DNA of 64,000 nucleotides from Gammaproteobacteria bacterium (GTDB taxonomy: Bacteria > Pseudomonadota > Gammaproteobacteria > Eutrophobiales > Eutrophobiaceae): NCBI GenBank assembly GCA_965221455.1, contig OZ244890.1, positions 283,031 to 347,030 of the forward strand, read 5' to 3'. Shown here one piece after another: positions 51,501 through 63,754 of the stretch. A program made the translations under genes and the position numbers. The notes beneath the pieces were generated by a model. That model was not told the origin of the DNA and did no database searches. It saw nothing but the letters and a program-made list of their open reading frames with translations. Numbering within the stretch: the first letter of the stretch is position 1; each line of letters begins with the position of its first letter.

Positions 51501-52370
51501 TTAAATCAGGATCCCTGCTATCGTCATGAGCCCCAGCACGGTTAACCACACTATCAAGGTTCTGTTGATCAATGCTTGCGATGCCCTGATCCAATCACTT
51601 TTGTCTTTGCTGTCTTCCTGCTTTTCCGTCTCCGGGCGATAATGCAATGCGCCGAATGCTGATGTAATGAGGACAGTTTCGCTGACGCAAAAAGAACCAT
51701 TTTCGTTATCTCTCCATGCGTCTATCGCTTCTATCAAGTTTCCCGCCAATGCATTACCCAATGCAAACAAACGCGTGGAAGGCCAGTTCAAAATATGATT
51801 CAGGTGTCTGGCGGCATCTGCATAAGTGCCATGTATGTCTTTATTTCCGGATTTTAGAATGCTTGATAATCTGTACAGCAGCGCACCGAACGGGCCAAGC
51901 ACAATAAACCAAAAGATGACTGCGTAAAGACGTTCATTGGCTGCAACGAATATACAGCCGATAATATCTCGTTCGTCTGCCCCGGGATCGGGTGCCGCCA
52001 GCGCGTGATAAAACTCCTTTGCGTAATGTCCGGCTTGTACATCGTCTTCTGCATCCAGAGCATCCACGTATGCAGTCAAGGACCGGTTCAGAAAAACCGG
52101 ACCCATTGAATAGAGTAACACCGCCAAAGCCAACAGATAGCTCAATGGTGAAAACAGATTTGCCAGAACGCAATCCAGCAACAACAGAAGCAGTAATGGA
52201 CTTGCCAGCAGCACAATAATTCCACCGGCACCGTCCAAATAAATCGACTGGACGCATTTGTTTTCAAACCAATCGCTGTATCGACTAAACCATCCGAAAC
52301 ATCGCACATCATCCAACACGCCCCAAAAGTATTCCGTGCCCAATGCGCACAAAAGAATCATCAAGGTCAT
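51501..52370 (-). CDS. ampE: AmpE-family inner-membrane protein
   Basis: The 289-aa polytopic protein lies immediately downstream of ampD, the classic ampD-ampE operon. Its hydrophobic profile and length match AmpE. Confidence 0.7.
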   Translation of the reverse strand: MTLMILLCALGTEYFWGVLDDVRCFGWFSRYSDWFENKCVQSIYLDGAGGIIVLLASPLLLLLLLDCVLANLFSPLSYLLALAVLLYSMGPVFLNRSLTAYVDALDAEDDVQAGHYAKEFYHALAAPDPGADERDIIGCIFVAANERLYAVIFWFIVLGPFGALLYRLSSILKSGNKDIHGTYADAARHLNHILNWPSTRLFALGNALAGNLIEAIDAWRDNENGSFCVSETVLITSAFGALHYRPETEKQEDSKDKSDWIRASQALINRTLIVWLTVLGLMTIAGILI

Positions 52371-52424
52371 GCCGGAAACTTCCCGTTGTTCAGCAACATT
52401 TTTGGACCTCCTGATGTTTGCATA

Positions 52425-52979
52425 TTATAACGACGCATAATAATCATCCCAATTAAACGTCGGTCCCGGATCGGTTTTTCTGTCGGGTGCAATGTGACAA
52501 TGTCCGACAATCCTGTCCTTTGTAATGTTAGGCCAATATTGCATGATTGCATGTGTTATATCTGTGAGTATTTTATATTGTGCCCGGGTAAAATCTTTGC
52601 TATCGCACCCCTCCAGTTCAATACCTATCGCATAATCATTGCAGTTTTTTCTACCTGCAAATGAAGAACTCCCCGCATGCCATGCACGCCGGGTAAACGG
52701 AACATATTGAGTCGGCACACCTTGTCGATTAATCAACATATGTGCCGAGACTTTAGGCGACACGATTTCTTTAAAGCATGGATGCGCATTCGGATCCAGT
52801 GCATTGGTAAATAATTGATCGATATAATCACCGCCAAACTCATCAGGAGGCAAGCTGATGCTATGAATCACCAATAGGTCTATTTCCGTATTTGCAGGGC
52901 GTTGATCAGCATTCGGCGAGATTATCCTGCACACACCTTGCAACCACTCACCCTGAGGATCCACTTGCAAATCAGTCAT
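52425..52979 (-). CDS. ampD: 1,6-anhydro-N-acetylmuramyl-L-alanine amidase AmpD
   Basis: GEWLQGVCRIISPNADQRP...IDLLVIHSISLPPDEFGGDYIDQLFTNALDPNAHPCFKEI...YAIGIELEG matches AmpD (amidase_2 zinc amidase). The track ORF starts at 53036, but the homologous start is M20 (MTDLQVD...). Confidence 0.85.
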   Translation of the reverse strand: MTDLQVDPQGEWLQGVCRIISPNADQRPANTEIDLLVIHSISLPPDEFGGDYIDQLFTNALDPNAHPCFKEIVSPKVSAHMLINRQGVPTQYVPFTRRAWHAGSSSFAGRKNCNDYAIGIELEGCDSKDFTRAQYKILTDITHAIMQYWPNITKDRIVGHCHIAPDRKTDPGPTFNWDDYYASL

Positions 52980-53058
52980 TGTCTTTCGTGCCTGTAGCCA
53001 TCGTGCTAGGCTAAACGAAATCGTTCGCACTGACAAAAGATAATATTCATGATGATGT

Positions 53059-53832
53059 ATGTGTCGCCTCGCCGCTTATTTAGGCCCTGAGATATCACTC
53101 GGCAAGTTTCTGATGGAGCCCGGGCACAGCCTTTATCGCCAGTCCTGGGAGCCAAGGGAAATGGACGGAGCCGTGCTTAATGCCGATGGCTTTGGAATCG
53201 GCTGGGTTAATGCGTCGCGACGGACCGCTATTTATACCAACACGCAACCGATATGGTCGGATACCAATCTGACAGGCCTGTCAGATTCACTGTACAGCAG
53301 CTATTGGTTGGCAAATGTACGCAGTGCGACACCAGGTCAACAAATCACACAGACCAATACGCACCCTTTCAGAGTCAACCAATGGTTATTCACCCACAAC
53401 GGCTATATTGAGAATTTTGACCTGAAAATCCGGACAATCCTGCATGATGTTTTAGATGCTTCAATACAGGCGGGTATTCAGGGTAATACAGATTCGGAGT
53501 ACTTGTTTGCATTACTGCGACAGCAGTTATCCCGGACTTCAGATGTCGCTCAGGCTTTTCGAGGCATGCTGTCCACACTCTCTGAAATCATTACGGATGA
53601 AACGGTATTATTAAATATCATCATTGGTGATGGATCGCAGTTTCACGTTCTCCGACATGCAATCAACGGCAAGTGTCCCACGCTTTATTTCAGCATCAGT
53701 GAAGATGATTTTCCGGAGGCTGTTATTATCGCTTCCGAAGCCTTAAGCAACTCCGGGAAATGGCAGTCCGCTCCCGAACACAGTTACTGCACGATATGTA
53801 AAAATATCACACCCGATTTCATTGCACTGTGA
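53059..53832 (+). CDS. Class II (Ntn) glutamine amidotransferase, EgtC-like
   Basis: The 257-aa ORF begins MCRLAAYLG, with Cys2 as the nucleophile as in EgtC/YafJ-type GATases. Its stop overlaps the next gene's GTG start (GTGA), which suggests translational coupling. Confidence 0.65.
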   Translation: MCRLAAYLGPEISLGKFLMEPGHSLYRQSWEPREMDGAVLNADGFGIGWVNASRRTAIYTNTQPIWSDTNLTGLSDSLYSSYWLANVRSATPGQQITQTNTHPFRVNQWLFTHNGYIENFDLKIRTILHDVLDASIQAGIQGNTDSEYLFALLRQQLSRTSDVAQAFRGMLSTLSEIITDETVLLNIIIGDGSQFHVLRHAINGKCPTLYFSISEDDFPEAVIIASEALSNSGKWQSAPEHSYCTICKNITPDFIAL

Positions 53833-55007
53833 ATTCACTATCCTTGATCACTCAATTTTCTGCATACCAACAGAAAGTTTTAGCACTGTGTGAAAAAAAT
53901 CCCGGGGATCACTATTGTCAATATCATCCCGATCTAAGTCCATTGGGATGGCATGTGGGTCATTGCGTCTACACTGAAATTTACTGGATCAGAGAACAAC
54001 TTCTGGGTTTGCCGATATCGGATCAGACACTGAAATCGCACTATATTCCTGAACTGACGAAGAAATCAAATCGAGGCAAAACCTTACCCGGGCATCAGGA
54101 TCTTTGCCAATGGAGCAGAGTGAACCAACAAGAAAATCTGACGCTAATGAGCCAAACTCAAAATTCAAATTCAGATAAGCACTCGCTGATGAATCACGAT
54201 TTCCTACTGTATTTCCTGATTCAGCATTACGCACAACATTTTGAAATCATGCATATGATTCTTGTACAGAGAGCGTTAAGGAATGCAGCGGCTCACAGTG
54301 TTCAACAACCACTGACAAGTAGTGAAATAAATACTTCAGCAACCGTGTTGGATGCCGACAATTATGTGATTGGATCACAAACAAATTTTTTGCCCTATGA
54401 TAATGAATATCCTCCTCATGAGTTTGCAATCAATGCCGTTAATATCGCAGATAATCCCATTAGCAATAGTGAGTTCCTGTTATTCATGGAAGAATCAGGC
54501 TACCGCAAGCCGGAATTCTGGAGTCAGACAGGCTGGCGCTGGAGAGAGAAATATGATATTTCCTGTCCTGCATTCTGGCTGCAGGACAGTCGAAACAACT
54601 GGTTTGCCGTCGATATTGATGGGACACATGATCTCAACCCTGAACAGGCCGTTTGGGGAATTAATTATTTTGAGGCTGAAGCCTTTGCTAACTGGGTCAC
54701 GGCTCATGCGCCCGTCAAAAACGCCCGACTGCCACACGAATATGAGTGGGAAGCCGCGAAACAAAAAAATTGTCTGCGAAATACGGGCCAGGTTTGGGAG
54801 TGGTGTGAAAATATTTTTCATCCTTATCGTAAGTTCAGGGCTTTCCCTTATGATGGTTATTCGGCGCCGTATTTTGATGAGGCGCACTTTGTCATGCGGG
54901 GGAACAGTCGCTACACACCTCATGTCATTCAGCGCGACAGTTTTAGAAATTATTATCAAGCCGATAAACGACATCAGTTTGTCGGGTGCCGCCTGATATT
55001 TGAATAA
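53829..55007 (+). CDS. EgtB-family sulfoxide synthase-like non-heme iron enzyme (DinB_2 N-domain + FGE-sulfatase C-domain)
   Basis: The 392-aa ORF has an N-terminal WHVGHCVYTEIYWIREQL, a DinB/EgtB-like His motif. Its C-terminus GQVWEWCENIFHPYRKF...GGSxxT..YCRxxYRxxxxP.....GFRL is typical of the FGE-sulfatase fold. No egtD-like histidine methyltransferase is nearby. Confidence 0.65.
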   Translation: MNSLSLITQFSAYQQKVLALCEKNPGDHYCQYHPDLSPLGWHVGHCVYTEIYWIREQLLGLPISDQTLKSHYIPELTKKSNRGKTLPGHQDLCQWSRVNQQENLTLMSQTQNSNSDKHSLMNHDFLLYFLIQHYAQHFEIMHMILVQRALRNAAAHSVQQPLTSSEINTSATVLDADNYVIGSQTNFLPYDNEYPPHEFAINAVNIADNPISNSEFLLFMEESGYRKPEFWSQTGWRWREKYDISCPAFWLQDSRNNWFAVDIDGTHDLNPEQAVWGINYFEAEAFANWVTAHAPVKNARLPHEYEWEAAKQKNCLRNTGQVWEWCENIFHPYRKFRAFPYDGYSAPYFDEAHFVMRGNSRYTPHVIQRDSFRNYYQADKRHQFVGCRLIFE

Positions 55008-55079
55008 AACTACACTACGGGTTGATTTATCCTGTGCATTTCCTGCATCCTGGATAAAAACAACGTCAGAGGATCTCTC

Positions 55080-57282
<2,203 letters not shown>

Positions 57283-57842
57283 ATAGAACACCGAAATAAG
57301 TTAAATCTGTGCAAAAGTACGGGACTTAACGACCGCGGAAAATTTTAAATTGATTCCTCTTTTGCCATTGCATAGACCTTTTCAATAAAATACCGTGAAC
57401 CAAAGAACAAGACGTTCTACAGAGCAGTCAGCGAACCCCGCTGAATTCAGGAATATGCACTTTAACTCATGGTAAGGATCGTCCGGCCACTCATTCAGAT
57501 GCCATGTGTGGTGATCAAAATCGTAAAGACAAAATCAATCAAATATGGTGTTATTCAGCCTGAATAATTATCATCAAACGAACGACCCTTCCGCCTGGAC
57601 TCCGATACGGATCTACCGGTTTTGGTACAGTTATTGCCCGTGATGGTGTCGCAAATTGTACCCTGGCCAGTTCCTGTGAACGAGGTGTACGACTGTCTTG
57701 ACAAATGGACAATTCACTGTACAAACATTGAAAAGCTATTTGGGCGTGGCAGTCAAACTTCTGATGCTAAAAGAGATTTTCTCTTTGCCTGAAGAAATGG
57801 CATAATCCACCGCATTCGATTCAGAGGAACCTGTTTAACTCC

Positions 57843-59480
57843 GTGACGCCCATGGCAGACTCGTGTCTAGATTTTAAAATGAAGTTGAGTAGAAATTCCT
57901 TTTTATTTTCCACGCTGTGTCTATTAACTTCACTCTTTTGTCATGGTATCTGGTGTCATGATGTTCGGGCTGCAAGCTATGAGGAAGGTAAGCAGGCCTA
58001 CCTTGCAAAGGATTATGAATTGGCCCTGGCCATTCTTAAACCACTTGCTGAAAACGGCGACTCCCAGGCACAGATCACACTCGGAGTAATGCATGATTTT
58101 GGCTATGGCGTGGACAAAGATGCAACAGAAGCCATGCGGTGGTATATCAAGGCGGCAGAGCAAGGCATTCCCGTGATCCAACATGATGTCGGCGTTAAAT
58201 ATTTTGAGGGTCAGGGAGTCAAACAGGATTATTCAAGGGCGGCGTATTGGTGGGAACAGTCCGCCAGCTCCGGCCTGGTCGATTCTCAGTTTAATCTTGG
58301 ACTATTGTATTACCGAGGTATCAACTTTGAGATCGATTACCAAAAGGCTTCCTCCCTTTTCACCTCCGCAGCGGAGCAAGAACACCCCCATGCTCAATAC
58401 AGCCTGGCTGTGATGCATGCGTTCGGCCAGGGTTTTGATAAAGACTATAAAAAAGCGCTGTACTGGTTCAGAAAATCGGCAGCACAAAATGTTGCACAGG
58501 CGCAATTTAACCTTGGCGTGTTTTACGAAAACGGCTATGGCCTTGAAAAAGATTTGGCATCGGCAAAAAAATGGTACGAACTTGCAGCCGCAAGCGGCTT
58601 GAGCGAAGCAGAATCAAAACTGGCTGAACTTGAGCGGATGAACAATAACGCCGAACAACATCCTGATGTCGCTCACATAAAAAACAGGCAACCGGTTAAG
58701 GTAGCCGCACAACCGCTCCGCAACAATCGCATCAGAAGAGAAGTCTGGGCCAAACAACAGTCCGGCAAATCCTACACGCTGCAACTTTCAAGTATGGTTG
58801 AGGAAAAAGACATCGTGGATTTCATCCAAAAACATCAACTCACCGCCAATGCAGCGTATGTTCAAGTTGTCATTAAAGGCGCAACAAGATTTAACGCCAT
58901 ATACGGAAGTTACGCGACCTATGCGGAAGCACAAAGGGCCGCGGCATCACTTCCTGGAAGCTTGGGTAACATCAAGCCATGGGTGAGAAACTTCGGCGTC
59001 CTGCAAAAATTAATTAAACAAAAAGGCCGCGAACCTGCATCCGCAGGCGGCTTGAGCGAAGCAAAATCAAAACCGGCTGAACTTGAACGGATGAACAATA
59101 ACGCCAAACACCATCCTGATGTCGCTCACATAAAAAACAGGCAACCGGACAAGGTGGCCGCACAACCGCCCCGCAACAATCGCATCAGAAGAGAAGTCTG
59201 GGCCAAACAACAGTCCGGCAAATCCTACACGCTGCAACTTTCAAGTATGGTTGAGGAAAAAGACATCGTGGATTTCATCCAAAAACATCAACTCACCGCC
59301 AATGCAGCGTATGTTCAAGTTGTCATTAAAGGCACAACAAGATTTAACGCCATATACGGAAGTTACGCGACCTATGCGGAAGCACAAAAGGCCGCAGCAT
59401 CACTTCCTGGAAGCTTGGGTAACATCAAGCCATGGGTGAGAAACTTCGGCGTCCTGCAAAAATTAATTAAACAAAGATGA
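57843..59480 (+). CDS. Sel1-repeat protein with two C-terminal SPOR (septal peptidoglycan-binding) domains
   Basis: The 545-aa ORF probably starts at M13, MKLSRNSFLFSTLCLLTSLFCHG (signal). It has 6-7 Sel1 repeats (AxxWYxKAAEQG...). Two ~150-aa copies end in ...SYTLQLSSMVEEKDIVDFIQKHQL...YVQVVIKG.TRFNAIYGSYATYAEAQ.AAASLP, a SPOR fold. Confidence 0.75.
   Translation: MTPMADSCLDFKMKLSRNSFLFSTLCLLTSLFCHGIWCHDVRAASYEEGKQAYLAKDYELALAILKPLAENGDSQAQITLGVMHDFGYGVDKDATEAMRWYIKAAEQGIPVIQHDVGVKYFEGQGVKQDYSRAAYWWEQSASSGLVDSQFNLGLLYYRGINFEIDYQKASSLFTSAAEQEHPHAQYSLAVMHAFGQGFDKDYKKALYWFRKSAAQNVAQAQFNLGVFYENGYGLEKDLASAKKWYELAAASGLSEAESKLAELERMNNNAEQHPDVAHIKNRQPVKVAAQPLRNNRIRREVWAKQQSGKSYTLQLSSMVEEKDIVDFIQKHQLTANAAYVQVVIKGATRFNAIYGSYATYAEAQRAAASLPGSLGNIKPWVRNFGVLQKLIKQKGREPASAGGLSEAKSKPAELERMNNNAKHHPDVAHIKNRQPDKVAAQPPRNNRIRREVWAKQQSGKSYTLQLSSMVEEKDIVDFIQKHQLTANAAYVQVVIKGTTRFNAIYGSYATYAEAQKAAASLPGSLGNIKPWVRNFGVLQKLIKQR
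58596..59480. repeat. Near-perfect 453-bp direct tandem duplication (2 copies) inside the Sel1/SPOR gene
   Basis: Copy 1 begins ggcttgagcgaagcagaatcaaaactggctgaacttgagcgg at 58596 and copy 2 begins ggcttgagcgaagcaaaatcaaaaccggctgaacttgaacgg at 59049. The out-of-frame ORFs 58798..58986 and 59251..59439 encode almost identical peptides. Confidence 0.85.
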
Positions 59481-59520
59481 TTGTTTTTGAATTACGCCCA
59501 TCAATCAGGAAGCCATTTTA

Positions 59521-60276
59521 ATGTCGGCATTTAACGATATTTTGACAGGTGAAGAGGAAGATCTGGTCAGAATATTCTATACCTTCAAAAAAAAAAATAA
59601 TCTTGATGGCAACAATATTATTGCTGCCGCTGCCAAAAAACTCAAACTACAGCCTGCACAGCTAACTATTGCACTTGGTTTTAACCGCAATGCCAAAGAA
59701 CTGGATGATGTTTCATCTGTACTTGGTTATGACGGTTTTGAGTCACTGGCTAAAGCAAGAAATGCAATCTACATCGGCGATATCTACGAAAACATATCTC
59801 TGGAAAATATCCTGATGCTGTACAACAGCGTAAAAGATAATCATGAAATATTGCAAGTCATGCAATACCTTCTGAAGAATAGACTGGCAAATATAGAATC
59901 CAGGATAGAAGCCACCGTAAATTCGCTTATAATCGAGAAATACAAGGCTGAAATGCGGACTGTCTACGCTGATAGAATTGCGGATATCGATTTCGTGGAG
60001 TACAGGCTCAATAATGTGGAAAATGGCTTTAGGGCTTTGTTGAACGAAGCTTGCCTCGTTATTGAGAGCAGGTTAATCCCCGCAGGAGACATCTTTTTCA
60101 GAAAAACCATTTTACCTGAGGAAAAACGAAAATTGTTAAGTAAAAACCTGATTCCTGTGGCATTGGTTGAGTCTCGTCTGCAAGACGATGATATCTCTCA
60201 ACAAGAGAAACAGATGCTAAATGATTTTCTCAGGATTCATCACAAAAATGATACCGGCGAAATGGCAAACCAATGA
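59521..60276 (+). CDS. Hypothetical protein, paralog 1 of a tandem pair of unknown family
   Basis: The 251-aa ORF has no recognisable catalytic motif. It shares N-terminal LV(R/K)IFY..K....I..I...A..L.L...QL..A(L/I)GFN(R/K)N...L.D...VLG(Y/F) and a C-terminal acidic helical region with the next ORF. Confidence 0.55.
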   Translation: MSAFNDILTGEEEDLVRIFYTFKKKNNLDGNNIIAAAAKKLKLQPAQLTIALGFNRNAKELDDVSSVLGYDGFESLAKARNAIYIGDIYENISLENILMLYNSVKDNHEILQVMQYLLKNRLANIESRIEATVNSLIIEKYKAEMRTVYADRIADIDFVEYRLNNVENGFRALLNEACLVIESRLIPAGDIFFRKTILPEEKRKLLSKNLIPVALVESRLQDDDISQQEKQMLNDFLRIHHKNDTGEMANQ

Positions 60277-60998
60277 AACGGAAATTATTTGGCTTTACAG
60301 AATTACTCACAGCCAGCGACACAAATCTTGTAAAAATATTTTACCAGGTGAAATCTGATCCATCAGCAGACTTTATAAAAAATATAAACAGTATCTCCGC
60401 AGCACTGGGGCTTAATCATTCACAACTTGTCTGTGCCATCGGTTTTAATAAAAATATTCGTGATCTGACCGATATTATCACGGTGCTCGGTTTCAAGTCA
60501 CACAAGGTTATGACGTATCGTCGTAATGAACTATTCACGACAGATACTTACCAACAACTTGATATAGACAATATTCTGGACATTTATTCAGCACGACTTG
60601 AAGATGTGGAGATTCTTGATACATTAAGAGAATGTCTTCAACCACGTCTTCAGCACATAGAAGCCGATATGGAAAGAACCGACGACCCCGGTCATACATT
60701 CAGTTATCGAATGGAAATTCACTCAATATATCAATCAGGAATCGCAGACAAACCATTTGCAGAAGAAAGGATAAATAGAGACATCGGGAAATATCGCCTG
60801 ATCGCGAGTGAACTCAATGAAATGATAAATGCCGACATATTCCCACCCAGCAATTTTTTCTTTATGGCAAACATTTCACCTGATGAAAAAAAAGAGTTAA
60901 TTGAACAGAAACATATTTCACTAAACATGATTAAGAATCGTTTACAAAACACAAAGATATCGGCTGATGAAAGAGAGATGCTGGAAGAGTTTGTGTAG
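60273..60998 (+). CDS. Hypothetical protein, paralog 2 of the tandem pair
   Basis: The 241-aa ORF overlaps paralog 1 by ATGA and has the same motif layout. Both are AT-rich and K/E/N/I-rich. Confidence 0.55.
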   Translation: MKRKLFGFTELLTASDTNLVKIFYQVKSDPSADFIKNINSISAALGLNHSQLVCAIGFNKNIRDLTDIITVLGFKSHKVMTYRRNELFTTDTYQQLDIDNILDIYSARLEDVEILDTLRECLQPRLQHIEADMERTDDPGHTFSYRMEIHSIYQSGIADKPFAEERINRDIGKYRLIASELNEMINADIFPPSNFFFMANISPDEKKELIEQKHISLNMIKNRLQNTKISADEREMLEEFV

Positions 60999-61057
60999 AG
61001 TAATTAGCCTGGGGGGGAATTTTTCCTGCCTGCAAGTTCAATTTTTCTATTCCTTTC

Positions 61058-61075
61058 GATAACGATTATGGTTAC
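61058..61075 (+). promoter_or_regulatory. Possible Fur box upstream of the TonB-dependent receptor
   Basis: GATAACGATTATGGTTAC matches about 13 of 19 positions of the GATAATGATAATCATTATC consensus. It lies ~110 nt upstream of the receptor ATG. Confidence 0.25.
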
Positions 61076-61183
61076 ACTCTCCCCCTCTCCCCGGCAGTAT
61101 ATTTAATTTGAGTTCGTTGCTAAATTTCCTGTTGTGATACGTTGGGTCGCGTGAATATCTATCTCTTGTTATAGGAGGAAAAA

Positions 61184-63538
61184 ATGAGAAATTATTATCC
61201 ATGCCGGTTTTTTTCCTTTTCCATTCTGGTGCCGCTTGTATTCAGTAGTATTAATGCCATCGCTGAAGAAACCGGGTTCATACGTGAGGAAACTATTGAA
61301 GTGATAGGTATCACACCGTCACATGGCACTGGTTTGCCCGAAGATATGATCCCCTATGCAATACAGTCGGCGATCTCGGAGGATATCGACCGTAGTAAAA
61401 GCCTTGCCCTGAGTGATTTCCTGAATCGTAATCTTGGCAGCGTGGTCATTAACGAAGCACAGAACAATCCCTTGCAACCAGATATTCACTATCGAGGTTT
61501 TACCGCCTCGCCCTTACTCGGTCTGCCTCAGGGTATCGCCGTTTTTCAAAATGGTGTTCGTGTCAATGAAGCCTTTGGTGATACCGTCAATTGGGATTTG
61601 ATACCGGAATCCTCTATCGCGAGCATCAACCTTATTGGTGGAGCGAATCCTGTGTTTGGCCTCAATACTTTGGGCGGTGCAATATCCGTCACCACGAAAA
61701 ACGGCTTTACCCATGGAGGACATAGCCTGGAGACCTATGGTGGCTCGTTTGGACGCATTGTCTCAACGATTGAAAGTGGTGGAAATGCAGGGGACTGGGC
61801 TTATTTTTTTACAGGGAGTTATCTTAATGAAGACGGCTGGCGTGACGCATCCCCGTCCAGGGCACTCAATTTATTCAGCGCGATCAGTTGGCAAAGAGAT
61901 GATAGTACGCTGGATCTTTCCATGAACCATGGTAATACCAGACTGGTTGGTAACGGTGCTATCCCGATTGAACTGGAAGCTGTCGACAGAGACGCGATTT
62001 TCACCTCGCCCGACATCACCGAAAATGACATGTTCCTGATTAACATGGAAGGCACACATTGGTTCAATGATAAAATACAACTTGCCGGTAATATCTTTTA
62101 CCGTAGTAATGACGCAGATTCATTTAACGGGGATGGGACTGAATTTGAAGAGTGTCAGCTTCCGGCGAATCGGGGGTTTTTGTGTGAGGATGAGGGTTTA
62201 GGTACTTCAGAAGAAGAGGTGATTACAGATCAAAATGGTAACCGGATACCGGAAGAGACAACAGCCGGCACCGAACTGAACGCTATAAACAATATCAGCG
62301 AACGTAATCAGGAAAGCTTCGGCATCAATATACAGACATCTTTCCTGGGTAATCTATTTGACCATCGGAATTCCCTTGTTATCGGAACCAGCTATATTCA
62401 GGCACTGACAGGTTTTAGTGCTATCGTTGAGGCCGCATCACTAAACAGGGATAGAAGTACTTCGGGGACGGGGTTATTTGCAATAGAGGACGGTACACAA
62501 ATCAAAACGCATACACGAACGTGGTCTCTCTATCTAACAGACACATTTTCCATCACAGATAAGTTAGCTCTGACTCTCTCCGGACGCTACAATAATACCA
62601 GTGTCAAGACCGGTGATCGCAGTCACCAAAATCCATTGGTCGACCCGGATGATCCAGACGAATTAAATGGAGAACATGATTATGAGCGATTCAATCCCGC
62701 TGTAGGTCTGAACTGGTCATTCCATCCCGACATCGTCGCTTATGGAAGTTACAGTGAGTCCGCCCGTGCGCCTACACCGGTAGAACTGGCCTGCGCCGAT
62801 CCTGATGCGCCATGTAATTTACCGAACGCCTTTCTGGCTGATCCACCGTTGGAACAAGTCGTCACAAAAAGTCTTGAATTCGGTTTCCGGGGAAAATTGA
62901 ACCCTGATGTCAGATGGCACCTGGGGACATTCCACAGTATTAATAATGACGACATTATTTTTATCAGTACCGGTGGCATCAGTTCGAATGAGGGTTTCTT
63001 TGATAACGTCGGCGATACCAAAAGGATCGGTGTCGAGCTTGGGCTGTCCGGCGCATGGGAAAAACTCGACTGGTTTATGAATTATGGTTACGTTGACGCA
63101 ACCTTTGACGACGGCTTTGTATCAAGTAGTCCAAACCATCCTCTTGCGGGTGCTAATGGTGCCGTAACTGTCAAGGAAGGCAACAATATCCCCAGTATCC
63201 CCAAACATAGTCTAAAAGTCGGCGGTGATTATCATGTCACACCGAAATTCAGTATTGGCTCGGATTTGGTTTATAACTCAGGTCAATATTTCCGCGGCGA
63301 TGAAGCGAACTTGCTGGACAAAATTGATGGCCACGTTGTTGTCAATGCCAGAGCGTCATATCAGTTGAATGAAAGTATTTCAGTCTTCGCTAATGTACAT
63401 AACCTGTTTGATGCGGACTACGAGACATTTGGATTACTTGGAGAACCCGATGAAATTTTCGATAATTTCGATAACCCGAGGTTTGTCGGTGCAGGAGCAC
63501 CAATCTCGGGGTTTGTCGGCGTAAAAATAGAATTTTAG
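61184..63538 (+). CDS. TonB-dependent outer-membrane receptor
   Basis: The 784-aa ORF has a signal peptide (FSFSILVPLVFSSINAIA) and a TonB-box-like ETIEVIGI. Its plug region is ...DIHYRGFTASP...GIAVFQNGVRVNEAFGDTVNWDLIP. The long barrel ends ...VGVKIEF with a terminal aromatic residue. Confidence 0.88.
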   Translation: MRNYYPCRFFSFSILVPLVFSSINAIAEETGFIREETIEVIGITPSHGTGLPEDMIPYAIQSAISEDIDRSKSLALSDFLNRNLGSVVINEAQNNPLQPDIHYRGFTASPLLGLPQGIAVFQNGVRVNEAFGDTVNWDLIPESSIASINLIGGANPVFGLNTLGGAISVTTKNGFTHGGHSLETYGGSFGRIVSTIESGGNAGDWAYFFTGSYLNEDGWRDASPSRALNLFSAISWQRDDSTLDLSMNHGNTRLVGNGAIPIELEAVDRDAIFTSPDITENDMFLINMEGTHWFNDKIQLAGNIFYRSNDADSFNGDGTEFEECQLPANRGFLCEDEGLGTSEEEVITDQNGNRIPEETTAGTELNAINNISERNQESFGINIQTSFLGNLFDHRNSLVIGTSYIQALTGFSAIVEAASLNRDRSTSGTGLFAIEDGTQIKTHTRTWSLYLTDTFSITDKLALTLSGRYNNTSVKTGDRSHQNPLVDPDDPDELNGEHDYERFNPAVGLNWSFHPDIVAYGSYSESARAPTPVELACADPDAPCNLPNAFLADPPLEQVVTKSLEFGFRGKLNPDVRWHLGTFHSINNDDIIFISTGGISSNEGFFDNVGDTKRIGVELGLSGAWEKLDWFMNYGYVDATFDDGFVSSSPNHPLAGANGAVTVKEGNNIPSIPKHSLKVGGDYHVTPKFSIGSDLVYNSGQYFRGDEANLLDKIDGHVVVNARASYQLNESISVFANVHNLFDADYETFGLLGEPDEIFDNFDNPRFVGAGAPISGFVGVKIEF

Positions 63539-63754
63539 AATGGTTAAGTATTATCCAATACCAACGCTTCACTCTCGACATCATACTGTCCTGCTTTTGG
63601 ACACATCCCCACATTAGCGGAGCGTCCGGATTTTGCGGGATTGCCTGGTGGTGTTAGTTAGTTATTTACCGCATCCCGTATTAAAACGAAAGCTATAAGA
63701 AATAGTCTTTTTCTCGAACCGTGCAAACTATCTCTCACTGCTGAAAAGACTTAC

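Noticed and set aside
57283-57842. 540-bp non-coding gap upstream of the Sel1/SPOR gene as a possible sRNA locus
   Set aside because: No conserved structure or terminator is recognisable by eye. It may simply be a long promoter region.
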